Source: a virus
Taxonomy: Duplodnaviria > Caudoviricetes
Reading direction: 5' to 3' (one strand)
DNA: 64,000 bases
Virus record (IMG/VR): IMGVR_UViG_3300010163_000002
Location: 64,001 to 128,000 of that record
Under the pieces are notes generated by a model. The model was not told the origin of the DNA and did no database searches. It saw only the letters and a program-made list of their open reading frames with translations. Below, one piece after another: positions 48,652-57,874 of this stretch (its first letter is position 1; each line of letters begins with the position of its first letter). A program made the translations under genes and the position numbers.

Positions 48652-48974
48652 ATCAACTCATACCCTTCAGTATTACAGTATTTTTCTATGTCGCATTTAC
48701 GTGCTATGATTACGTCGCCATTTATATTTTTTACCATTATTAGCTCATTAGGATTATTTTTTATTTTATTTGCATCTTTGTTAAATTTGTTGACTACTTT
48801 ATACTTGCCAGGTTTATTAATCAATATAAAATCATCAACTAATTTCTTATGCATACATACTGCATAATTAGTATATTTATATTCTGATTTTTTGCCAAGT
48901 AATTTTTGTATGAAATTTGGTTTTACTAAATTTCTTTCTAGTATTTCATAATATATAATACCATCTTTAGACAT
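48639..48974 (-). CDS. Hypothetical protein
   Basis: Start refined to MSKDG after AAGGAGG. Confidence 0.65.
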   Translation of the reverse strand: MSKDGIIYYEILERNLVKPNFIQKLLGKKSEYKYTNYAVCMHKKLVDDFILINKPGKYKVVNKFNKDANKIKNNPNELIMVKNINGDVIIARKCDIEKYCNTEGYELICLH

Positions 48975-48994
48975 TATCATCCTCCTTAATGAGA

Positions 48995-49495
48995 TTATTT
49001 TCTTGATTTTGTGGGAGGTTGTACATCCCATGCGTTAAAATCATATAAATGCTCGGTCTTATTAATTTTACAAATAAGATTGAGTATTCTTAATGATTCG
49101 TTAGTAAATGCTTTTGATTGCATTTGTAATGTTTTGTCGCCTTTAATATAAGACATAACAAAATGCCCTTTATCGCTTCCTGGAATTGGAGATTGATCCA
49201 TTGCTACTATTTCATTGGCAATATGATTTTTAAGATATCTAAATGCAAGTATCTCTGTCAATCGTGGATTTTCAATAAGATTAAAATCAATCTCATTGTG
49301 CTCAAGCACTGGATATTCATAATCGCAATACTTGATAAATTTTTCTTTTATTTGAATAATACTTTGTTCTTCCATGTCATAGATATGATCGTTATCGTCT
49401 ATATCTAATCCTGTCTCTCGCATGAATGCATCATTGAACGCGAGTTTAATATTAAAGAATTCTTTTTCTTTTTTAGTCATTTGTTTACCCTCCAT
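48995..49495 (-). CDS. Hypothetical protein
   Basis: 166 aa; early motif at 49528-49536. Confidence 0.75.
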   Translation of the reverse strand: MEGKQMTKKEKEFFNIKLAFNDAFMRETGLDIDDNDHIYDMEEQSIIQIKEKFIKYCDYEYPVLEHNEIDFNLIENPRLTEILAFRYLKNHIANEIVAMDQSPIPGSDKGHFVMSYIKGDKTLQMQSKAFTNESLRILNLICKINKTEHLYDFNAWDVQPPTKSRK

Positions 49496-49574
49496 TTTAT
49501 ATTAATCGTTATTTGCTTTGACATTGTTATAATATATGATTTCTATTTATTTTAAAGTACGGAGGCGTATAAAA

Positions 49575-49934
49575 ATGAGCAACTCTAAATATCAGACTGA
49601 AATAGGAATAATTCAGAAAAAAATTTTAGCATTTAAACCATGTTATGCTAAATTGAAAATACCGGCTTTCTTTGGGATGGACGATGAAACTACAGTGGAT
49701 ATTGTAATGCCATTGCATATATCCATAACATATGGTGATGTAGTAATTCCAAAGGGAACCAAAGTAATTATTCAGGCTGTACAAGGAAATTACAATGATT
49801 TAAAAATTATAGGATTTTATGATAAACCAAAAAATTATGACTTCATAAATATGCTTTCTAAATATTTAATTGGAGATCCGCCAGAACCGCATTTACCAAA
49901 AGATTATGGGGTATACCCATATGATGAAGTATAA
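49575..49934 (+). CDS. Late protein, possibly baseplate-associated
   Basis: Start refined to MSNSK after GGAGG; late promoter 49520-49531; precedes the wedge-like gene. Confidence 0.55.
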   Translation: MSNSKYQTEIGIIQKKILAFKPCYAKLKIPAFFGMDDETTVDIVMPLHISITYGDVVIPKGTKVIIQAVQGNYNDLKIIGFYDKPKNYDFINMLSKYLIGDPPEPHLPKDYGVYPYDEV

Positions 49935-49955
49935 TAAATTTGGAGGTGTAATATT

Positions 49956-50429
49956 ATGGATGCTAGATATGCATATCAAAAACCAGAAAATACATATACT
50001 CTAGATCAATTTATAGCATGTCAATCAGATGAATCATTCTGTTATGCAAATACATCATTCATAGACCAAATTGATAATATTAAATATTGTGCGTATAATG
50101 TGGCATCTGATTATATTGATGAACTGAGAGATGAATACTGCGTTAATGTGGCACTTTCTGAAAATGACGTTATTAGATATAAATATAGACCTAAATTATT
50201 AGCCTATGATGTATATGGCAATCAAGAATTATATTTCTTGATATTAATTATAAATGATATTTGCTCTACCAAAGATTTTACTATGACAAATTTAAAATTG
50301 CCAAATAAAGAAAATATGAAAAATATTTGCACTGCAATTTTTAATGCTAATAGAAAAGATATATTGCTATATAATGATGGCAATATAAGAACAAGTCAGC
50401 AGATAAAAGAAGAGCTAAAAAACATTTAA
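49956..50429 (+). CDS. Baseplate wedge protein (T4 gp53/LysM-like)
   Basis: YRPKLLAYDVYGNQELYFLILIIN. Confidence 0.7.
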   Translation: MDARYAYQKPENTYTLDQFIACQSDESFCYANTSFIDQIDNIKYCAYNVASDYIDELRDEYCVNVALSENDVIRYKYRPKLLAYDVYGNQELYFLILIINDICSTKDFTMTNLKLPNKENMKNICTAIFNANRKDILLYNDGNIRTSQQIKEELKNI

Positions 50430-50442
50430 TTTTGAATTTATA

Positions 50443-50469
50443 ATCCCCATAGCCAATGGCTATGGGGAT
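50443..50469. terminator. Bidirectional terminator
   Basis: atccccatagcc-aat-ggctatggggat. Confidence 0.8.
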
Positions 50470-50473
50470 GTAT

Positions 50474-52204
50474 TTATGCATTTACTATTCTACACATATT
50501 ACCTTTATAGTACTTGTAATGAATATTCTGATTATTATGCATAATCATATACATATTCATAGCAGCAAATGCCGCTGCATTAGCAAACATATTTGTCTCG
50601 CTTTCAGGGAATTTAACATCATTAAATTCTACTATGCGGCCAACTGTGCCATTATTTGTACCCATTCCAGGCAATTCTATGCCTTCACGCATTGTTGTCT
50701 TATGCACAGGCAAAGTTGAGTAGATATCTTCAACAAATTTAATAGTGTTCTTAATATACGGCATATAGCATGTATATAGATCGTTATTAATATAATACCT
50801 ACTTTTAACCCTTTGCATTCCAAGAAATTTATTACCTTCTTTATCATACTCTGGTGCAATAAGACAAATCCAATCACTATTTTCAAGAATAAGGTTAGAT
50901 TCGCCGACATTAGATCTACCAATCAATCTTACCAGATCTGCCTTATTCTTTATACGTGCTTCATCAACAGAATTTGTTGCCACTCTATTAAGCTGAGACG
51001 CAGTAATAACTGGTATGTTTTTAAGTGTAGCAAATGTCTTAAATTCATTAACTACAGCTCCAAGTTGTACTCTTAGATCTCCTCCAAATGTACCCTCAAC
51101 AGATCTGATACGTTTGAGATAGTCCTGCAGTACACATATGACCTCATAGCCTTCATCTTCGAGATCTTCTGTCATTGTATATAAATATGATGTATCTACA
51201 GATAAATTAGGCTTGAATTTTATTATGATATCTATAGGATCATTAGAAGATAAGTGTAAATTACCTTTATTAACAAGTGCGTCCATAATTTCATCTTCGG
51301 AATAATTAAGCATCCCTTCACCAACGCACATGCTAAACAATCTTTCTACTGTTTCTTTAACTCCATTTTCCATTACTAAGAGTACTACGCAAGGCCTTTT
51401 AGTTGGATCTGCGCATTTGTATTCTCTATTATAACGTTTAAGTTGAATGGCCATATCAAGTAGAGTACTAGATTTACCTTCACCGGGTAATCCTAATATT
51501 GTATATACCCTTCCCGATTCAACGCCACCACCAGTCATAAGATTCAAAGCTTGAGTACCAAATTTAAGTTTGTTAGACGGAGAAGATAATTGTTTATACG
51601 TGCTTATCATAGCTTCAACATATCTATCTCCGGATAATGAGAAAGTAATATCTTCCGCTGCTTCTGCTCTGGCTCTTCTGAATTTAACTTGCATGGAGTT
51701 TATCCAGTTTTCAACTTCTCTTAATATTGGCCCTCTGTTAATATAATCAGTAGATTTAAATTTAGTTAATAATGACAAACCTAAATCAATATCATTATAT
51801 ACTATTGCATCTTTAAGTATTTGAGATACAGATTGGTTTACCCAATTAACCTCGTTATTATCCAATTCTGAAAAATCATCCAAAACATTTATACCTAAAC
51901 CACCGGTAATTTGTCTTAAAATCATCTTTCTATTAGTTAGATTATATTTTAATCTTGCTTCTATACCTTTATTGATAAAGTCTATTCTAGCAAGTCTTTC
52001 TTGATCATTATTATAAACATTCATATCTATGGTGAGGAATAAATTACGCAAATTAATCACATTTCCTCTACGAATGTTACGATTTTCAGAAAGTATATAT
52101 GAACACATCAAATCTAATTCTGTGATATCGAAATTTACATCTATTTTAAAATTTTGATTTTTTATTGGTGAATTAGGTTGATACCTCTGCCTTCTATCTT
52201 CCAT
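50474..52204 (-). CDS. dnaB: DnaB-like replicative helicase
   Basis: GLPGEGKS, VMEN, QDYL, TASQLNR, VKSR; start refined to MEDRR. Confidence 0.88.
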   Translation of the reverse strand: MEDRRQRYQPNSPIKNQNFKIDVNFDITELDLMCSYILSENRNIRRGNVINLRNLFLTIDMNVYNNDQERLARIDFINKGIEARLKYNLTNRKMILRQITGGLGINVLDDFSELDNNEVNWVNQSVSQILKDAIVYNDIDLGLSLLTKFKSTDYINRGPILREVENWINSMQVKFRRARAEAAEDITFSLSGDRYVEAMISTYKQLSSPSNKLKFGTQALNLMTGGGVESGRVYTILGLPGEGKSSTLLDMAIQLKRYNREYKCADPTKRPCVVLLVMENGVKETVERLFSMCVGEGMLNYSEDEIMDALVNKGNLHLSSNDPIDIIIKFKPNLSVDTSYLYTMTEDLEDEGYEVICVLQDYLKRIRSVEGTFGGDLRVQLGAVVNEFKTFATLKNIPVITASQLNRVATNSVDEARIKNKADLVRLIGRSNVGESNLILENSDWICLIAPEYDKEGNKFLGMQRVKSRYYINNDLYTCYMPYIKNTIKFVEDIYSTLPVHKTTMREGIELPGMGTNNGTVGRIVEFNDVKFPESETNMFANAAAFAAMNMYMIMHNNQNIHYKYYKGNMCRIVNA

Positions 52205-52280
52205 TCTCTTACCACTCCTTACCCGGACACTAGTATCTTCATGTCCGGGCATATCATAATATCTAAATTAATTTACTTTA

Positions 52281-52718
52281 TTACTTTTTATCCTTAAATG
52301 CCAATCCAATTTTTCCGCATTCCTCTTTAATTATTTTATCCCTTACCCAATCGTCGCTTTTAACAAAAACCTCGCAATTGTAAAGTATACTTAAAATAAC
52401 ATCGGCTTTAAATTCTATTGCCTTGGATACAAAGTTATTTTTGATGCTGGCTGAGAATCCGCATATAGAAAGGAATATTATTACACATGCTACTATTATT
52501 CCTATATTAAATATCGCATCAGTATTTATTTTTGAAAAGCTTAACAATAGTACTGCCATGCCAATTATGCATGCTATTCTGACTACAAAATCTAATATGC
52601 CATATAATGTATTTATAGAAAATGTGGCCATTATATCAAAATACCTTGATAATCTCACTATTTCATCATCAGCTTCTTCAAGAGTTGTGAATAAGTATTT
52701 CTTTTCATTATCTCCCAT
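52281..52718 (-). CDS. Two-TM membrane protein
   Basis: Two hydrophobic segments. Confidence 0.7.
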   Translation of the reverse strand: MGDNEKKYLFTTLEEADDEIVRLSRYFDIMATFSINTLYGILDFVVRIACIIGMAVLLLSFSKINTDAIFNIGIIVACVIIFLSICGFSASIKNNFVSKAIEFKADVILSILYNCEVFVKSDDWVRDKIIKEECGKIGLAFKDKK

Positions 52719-52720
52719 TT

Positions 52721-53836
52721 TTAGATATCTCCTTCTAATAATTTAATTAATTCGTCTGTTGATATAAAATCATAACCTTCGTTTTGATTTATATACATAA
52801 CAAATTTATCATAATCAGATATTCCATTATCCAAAATATAAGAATATTGTGTATTCTGCTCTAAAATGGTTTGGTCTATCTGTTGCATTTGCTTATCCTT
52901 TTTATCAAGTTCTTGTAACTTAACACTACTAGAGTTTCTAAAGTAATTCCTTACTATAGACATATTCTCTCCAGCATTATTGAATTGCACCCTGATGAAA
53001 TCGATATGCTGTTCTTCTTTAATCATCTTTATATATTCTATAATCTCTCTAGGATCAGAATTAATAAGATGGTTTATATTGATAGTATTGTAAATGTAAC
53101 TATCAATAGGAATTAGTTCAGTATAATGCATTCTTGTTGTTGGATTAAATGCAGTGATTAAGAATCCTTTATCCTGCTCTTCTCCAAATCTGAATCTTAA
53201 TGGGCTACCGTTATAATATGCATATTGCTCATAACATCCTGCAATATGATAATGCCCCATTAGTATTGGGCCTCTGCAATTGCAGAAATTGTTTAATGAA
53301 AATATTGGAGCGTGATTGTTGTTTAAAGTGGCAATTTCTGAACCTTTATAAGATCCTCTAAATGTACCGTGCAGTAAGCATAGATCATATGCTCCAGATT
53401 CAAATAAAAAGCGATTGTATTCTGTCTCTGGTATACCGTATCGTTCCGGTATACATAATATATTCAATCCTTTTATATTTTCAAATTGTATTTGTTCTAC
53501 GATCCTTACGTCTACGTAGGGATTTTGCATATAATGATAGAACAATGATAATTGTCCGCTATCATGGCTTTGAGTACCGTCTATAATAACTAGCGTTGCT
53601 TGTTTGGCAGCGCATAAGTTTACTATATCATCTACTAAATGTAAAGTGTGCGATATTATAGGATTATTGCTCATATATCTAGAATCAAATATATCTCCGC
53701 ATATTGCTAATATATCGAAGTTTATATTTATCAATCTATCTATAAATTGTCTTCTTAATTCGGTATACATATATAGGGGGTCTAACACCCCCATATGTAT
53801 ATCCGCTATAGATACTACAGTAAATGATTCTTTCAT
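52721..53836 (-). CDS. sbcD: SbcD/Mre11-like metallophosphoesterase nuclease
   Basis: ADIH, GDIFD, GTQSHD, LHG, GHYH. Confidence 0.88.
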   Translation of the reverse strand: MKESFTVVSIADIHMGVLDPLYMYTELRRQFIDRLININFDILAICGDIFDSRYMSNNPIISHTLHLVDDIVNLCAAKQATLVIIDGTQSHDSGQLSLFYHYMQNPYVDVRIVEQIQFENIKGLNILCIPERYGIPETEYNRFLFESGAYDLCLLHGTFRGSYKGSEIATLNNNHAPIFSLNNFCNCRGPILMGHYHIAGCYEQYAYYNGSPLRFRFGEEQDKGFLITAFNPTTRMHYTELIPIDSYIYNTININHLINSDPREIIEYIKMIKEEQHIDFIRVQFNNAGENMSIVRNYFRNSSSVKLQELDKKDKQMQQIDQTILEQNTQYSYILDNGISDYDKFVMYINQNEGYDFISTDELIKLLEGDI

Positions 53837-53839
53837 TGT

Positions 53840-54511
53840 TTAAACCTCATATATCTTTTTTCTTGTAGTTGTAATAGCATAATCAAATAAAGAGCATACC
53901 AAATCCCCGACTTCATCCTCGGTTTTATTATCAGTACGTATCAATGTATTTGTAGGTCTATTTGGATACCATATATTCGACTCAAATGCTTCGCATATCG
54001 TTGAATAAAAATTATAAGTTTCAACATCGTATTTATTTTTCTCATGATCATCGTTTTTCACCCTCTTTATACATGTGCTAGGAGCACATGTTAATACAGC
54101 CTCATAAGCTTTATTTTGAAAATCTTTAATTTGTTCAGTTATGTATTCTATTAATGATTTTGTCAATGTTGCATCTGATCCCCCAACCACGTATTGATAT
54201 ATCATCATTGATGTAATGAATCTATCTAATATTACTACTTTACCCTGATTAAGGGCTGGTATAATATTATTATGTATCATAAGATTTTTACATGAAGAGA
54301 ATAATAATAACTCTGTATTTACATCCATTGTACTATACAGAATGATATTTCTTATTTTTTCTGCTATATGATCTGTCCCTGGGTCTCTTATATATTGAAC
54401 TCCATACCCATCATTATTTAGATAATTTACTAACTTTTTTGCCGCTGTGGTTTTACCTACACCATCAGGCCCCTCAATAATAAAAAGCATTCCTCCGTCA
54501 ATTAATTTCAT
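53840..54511 (-). CDS. tmk: Thymidylate kinase-like dNMP kinase
   Basis: IEGPDGVGKTT, RDPG, ELLLF, LDRF..S..YQ. Confidence 0.9.
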   Translation of the reverse strand: MKLIDGGMLFIIEGPDGVGKTTAAKKLVNYLNNDGYGVQYIRDPGTDHIAEKIRNIILYSTMDVNTELLLFSSCKNLMIHNNIIPALNQGKVVILDRFITSMMIYQYVVGGSDATLTKSLIEYITEQIKDFQNKAYEAVLTCAPSTCIKRVKNDDHEKNKYDVETYNFYSTICEAFESNIWYPNRPTNTLIRTDNKTEDEVGDLVCSLFDYAITTTRKKIYEV

Positions 54512-54568
54512 ATTAATTTCCTCCTTTGGTTTATTACTTTTATAATATATGATTAAATTATATTATAC

Positions 54569-54592
54569 CCCGAGAGGTTAATTCCTCTCGGG
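54569..54592. terminator. Terminator hairpin
   Basis: cccgagagg-ttaatt-cctctcggg. Confidence 0.75.
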
Positions 54593-54598
54593 ATTATT

Positions 54599-55102
54599 TT
54601 AAAATCTTTTGTTTTTATAGTAGTATTCGACCAGCTCTGCAACTCCGCTCATTAGACATGATGTAATGAATAGGAATTTTTCCTGGTCGTATATATCCTT
54701 AAATTTATATTCCCCGTCTACAAATGATATATATTCTTTTTCTGATTTAATATGTTGGCCTTTGCGATCAATTTCAATGTTAATTTTTCTTTCATCTTTC
54801 AACATAACAAATCCTATGGCAAATTTATCAGTATCTTTGTAGAATATACTGCATGCATTAAGTTTTGTATAATTTTTGGGCATAGTGCCAAGAAATAGAT
54901 GAAATTGATCATTATTACCATACAGATATGACTCTCTGAGAATATCAATAAATTCTGCTATAGAACACATCTGATTGAATGTCGGGCTAAGAGTTCTGCA
55001 CTTTTTCATTACTTTTCTATATTCTATCCAAGCTTTAAAATCATGCTTTCTTTTCTTTATAATTATAGGCATGGCAAATTCATTTATTATATTTTTATTC
55101 AT
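54599..55102 (-). CDS. Hypothetical protein
   Basis: 167 aa, AGGAGGTGA RBS. Confidence 0.75.
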   Translation of the reverse strand: MNKNIINEFAMPIIIKKRKHDFKAWIEYRKVMKKCRTLSPTFNQMCSIAEFIDILRESYLYGNNDQFHLFLGTMPKNYTKLNACSIFYKDTDKFAIGFVMLKDERKINIEIDRKGQHIKSEKEYISFVDGEYKFKDIYDQEKFLFITSCLMSGVAELVEYYYKNKRF

Positions 55103-55117
55103 CAGTGAATCACCTCC

Positions 55118-55570
55118 TTACGTCATACTTATGTAATTGACATCTGGATCATTGGCCATTTTAATAATGGATGTGAAAAAACTTATTTTAATTAATTCAG
55201 TTATGCATTCCCATTCAACTGAATTAACGCGAGCTACATTTGTATTTTTTAATACGGTATATGATTTATATGGTTTAGAAATCTCAAATTTATTATGCCT
55301 TATTACATAGTAAACATTCGTAGAATTATTTAGTTTGAATCTTATGTAATAGTCATTACATTCTGTTATTGATGAATCTAGGTTTTGGTAGCCTTTGGTT
55401 ACAAATATGAAATTAGACGCCATATCAAATACATCTAAATCATAGAACAATTTCTTGCATTGCCTAAACTTTATTATAGATTTGCGCTTTTTGATAAATC
55501 TCCATATAGGAGTATTATTCATAATAACAGCAGATCTATATAGATTAAGCATCGTCTCTATTGTATTCAT
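55118..55570 (-). CDS. Hypothetical protein
   Basis: 150 aa, GGAGG RBS. Confidence 0.7.
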   Translation of the reverse strand: MNTIETMLNLYRSAVIMNNTPIWRFIKKRKSIIKFRQCKKLFYDLDVFDMASNFIFVTKGYQNLDSSITECNDYYIRFKLNNSTNVYYVIRHNKFEISKPYKSYTVLKNTNVARVNSVEWECITELIKISFFTSIIKMANDPDVNYISMT

Positions 55571-56294
55571 CTAATTTCCTCCATGTTATAGATTTAAATT
55601 CATTTTCTATTTTAGAAATATTATAGTACGAAAAAACTAGAGATAAAAATGCCATCTCACAATCATTTATAAACACCAAATGATCTGGTATATTGAAATT
55701 TAATACGTATTCATTGTACGATATTGCTGATTTAGATAACTGAAGCACTATACAACCATCGACCTCAATTCCTAATACTACTCTAAGCATATATCTATAT
55801 GCTGCAAGCTGCAAAAAATAATTAAATGTAATATGATTACTTGTTTTATAGTCCACCAGATATATTTTACCATTTATACGATAGAGGCCGTCTAATGTTC
55901 CGCCGAAGTACTTACATATCAAAGTCTTTTCATGGAAAATTACCTCAACAGCGTTACCAATTTTCAAAGTATTGAACCATTTTACAAATGAATTAAATGC
56001 AAATTGAGATTCTACTGGTAATGAGCCATTTATTTTATGGCTATCATCTTCAATATACATATCTATATTATTATGACAATGAGATCCTATATTTGCTGAT
56101 GCATTTAATGTTCTTTTGTATGACATATGTTTGAAACCAAGAGAATTGGCCCAGTACATTAAAGAATCTGAATGAATACATCTTTGTATTATTTTTGTGA
56201 CTCTTGGTACCTTAATACCATTATATTCATAATCAGAATCAGTAGTATGTATTGGTTCTATAGTATCTAGCATTGCTATCATTTTATTATTCAT
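55545..56294 (-). CDS. PD-(D/E)xK exonuclease (Cas4/RecB-like phage nuclease)
   Basis: PRVTKII, GSHCH, HEK, GTLDG, VDYKTS, LQLAAY. Confidence 0.85.
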   Translation of the reverse strand: MNNKMIAMLDTIEPIHTTDSDYEYNGIKVPRVTKIIQRCIHSDSLMYWANSLGFKHMSYKRTLNASANIGSHCHNNIDMYIEDDSHKINGSLPVESQFAFNSFVKWFNTLKIGNAVEVIFHEKTLICKYFGGTLDGLYRINGKIYLVDYKTSNHITFNYFLQLAAYRYMLRVVLGIEVDGCIVLQLSKSAISYNEYVLNFNIPDHLVFINDCEMAFLSLVFSYYNISKIENEFKSITWRKLDEYNRDDA

Positions 56295-56821
56295 TTATTA
56301 TCACTAACCTTTTCTTTTATTTCTCTCTCGTACTCTTCGAATCCTTCCTTGCCAATAGCATCTAAGTTTGTGTACGGAACGAACCAAATGTTTAAGATAA
56401 TCTTTTTAAGGTTATCATTTAGTAGTTTGTCATTTAATGGGTTGTTGCACATATCCACTATTTCATTTAATTTTGCATCAAAATCGTCAGGAAACATCGC
56501 GCTGCATGTCAATAATGATAAAAGTATGTGTTTAACTATCTTTTTTACGAAATCCGTATTTTCGTTGGTGTAAACATACAAAGCCCCGGCAATGACTTGG
56601 CAGCATTCTACAATGTGACGAGACTCAAATATCATTAATGTCATATCTTTAATGGATGGTTTATCCATATATTTATTTAAAACATCGTCGATATTGTGCG
56701 ATAATAATAAATACATTCCGGCAACGGCGTTCATGCTAATACCAAAATCCATTGTATGTACAGGGCAACCGCATTTAATTTGATTCATAAACTCATTATA
56801 ACTCATCTGATTATTATTCAT
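56291..56821 (-). CDS. Hypothetical protein
   Basis: Start refined to MNNNQ after GGAGG. Confidence 0.7.
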   Translation of the reverse strand: MNNNQMSYNEFMNQIKCGCPVHTMDFGISMNAVAGMYLLLSHNIDDVLNKYMDKPSIKDMTLMIFESRHIVECCQVIAGALYVYTNENTDFVKKIVKHILLSLLTCSAMFPDDFDAKLNEIVDMCNNPLNDKLLNDNLKKIILNIWFVPYTNLDAIGKEGFEEYEREIKEKVSDNK

Positions 56822-56897
56822 ACCCAAAACCTCCGTTATAATCATTTTTATTAAATGTCGTACTTAAGATAGATTCCTAATATTAGCGTATCCCTGA

Positions 56898-56909
56898 AAC
56901 ATGATAATA
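56898..56909 (+). promoter_or_regulatory. Late promoter AACA-N6-TA
   Basis: aaca-tgataa-ta. Confidence 0.65.
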
Positions 56910-56934
56910 AAATCAATAAGGAGGTGTGTTTACA

Positions 56935-57873
56935 ATGGCTAAAACATATTCCCAAACGTACTTATTTCGTCAGTATAATGAATATGAAAAGAAAATATAT
57001 GAATTCATTGTGAACTCTGAACGAATTTATACAAAGAGCGCAGAATTTGATGATATACTTTATGATATTAAACGCAGAAGAATTAGTGATCATCTTGCAA
57101 AGATTGTTACATCTGAAAATGTGGTACTTGGTTCTTATCCTGGCAAGAGTTTACCTAAGGCGTTTAAAGTATTTGTTGCAGCAGATGTTAAAGACAGTAA
57201 TAAAGTTAAAGCATTCATTGATGTAAGCGATTGTGTCGTGTATAAGAATGGAGTCTATGTATGTAATAAACTTGATTGGTTAATCAGTTATATTATTAAT
57301 GCAATGACAACGTTTATTTATGTTAAAGCTGAGAATAAGTTGCTAGGCAATGCATCTATCTTAAAGGATGGTTGCGATGCATGGACTAGATGTTTTTCTT
57401 ATATCGTAGATAGAATGTATAAGATTACAACTGTTCCACAGATTAAACGTAGAGTAGATTACTTGTCAGCAATTTATTATCAGGTAAATATAATGTGCAA
57501 AGATTTTGAACATTATGAAGATTCCATCAAGGCTAATGCAATTAGAACATCGGGCATTGACGCAAGAGATGCTAGAGTTGTTGACATTTCTATTGAAGAT
57601 CATGATTTCGATAATATTAATACATTTGTAAATGCATTAGGCAGAATTATGCAGTTTAAGGATATCAAAACAGGTAATATTGTTTCATATTGGATGAATG
57701 CATTTGGACCTGGAACGGTATTCGCTCTTGAATATTTCCCAGCATTTTCTGCTATGATGACTAATACATATGTAGGTGCTTACTTAGATCAGCAGATGAC
57801 AATTGAAAAGGTTGCAGGACAGTCAATGGTTATGTTTACGAAGACTATACTTCAGATAGGAGCGAGCGTGTAA
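56935..57873 (+). CDS. Putative virion structural protein
   Basis: Start MAKTYSQTYLF after AAGGAGG; late promoter. Confidence 0.6.
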   Translation: MAKTYSQTYLFRQYNEYEKKIYEFIVNSERIYTKSAEFDDILYDIKRRRISDHLAKIVTSENVVLGSYPGKSLPKAFKVFVAADVKDSNKVKAFIDVSDCVVYKNGVYVCNKLDWLISYIINAMTTFIYVKAENKLLGNASILKDGCDAWTRCFSYIVDRMYKITTVPQIKRRVDYLSAIYYQVNIMCKDFEHYEDSIKANAIRTSGIDARDARVVDISIEDHDFDNINTFVNALGRIMQFKDIKTGNIVSYWMNAFGPGTVFALEYFPAFSAMMTNTYVGAYLDQQMTIEKVAGQSMVMFTKTILQIGASV

Positions 57874-57874
57874 T

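Noticed and set aside
17804-52204. Group I introns or inteins in RNAP, ligase, gyrase or DnaB (as in AR9 RNAP genes)
   Set aside because: The ORFs are continuous and of expected size, with no intein splice motifs evident
41890-57873. Other MC dipeptides (GyrB ANMCPT, DnaB FSMCVG, 56935-gene NIMCKD)
   Set aside because: They lack the basic -2 residue and hydrophobic +3/+4 residues and lie inside folded domains; not counted as motif copies
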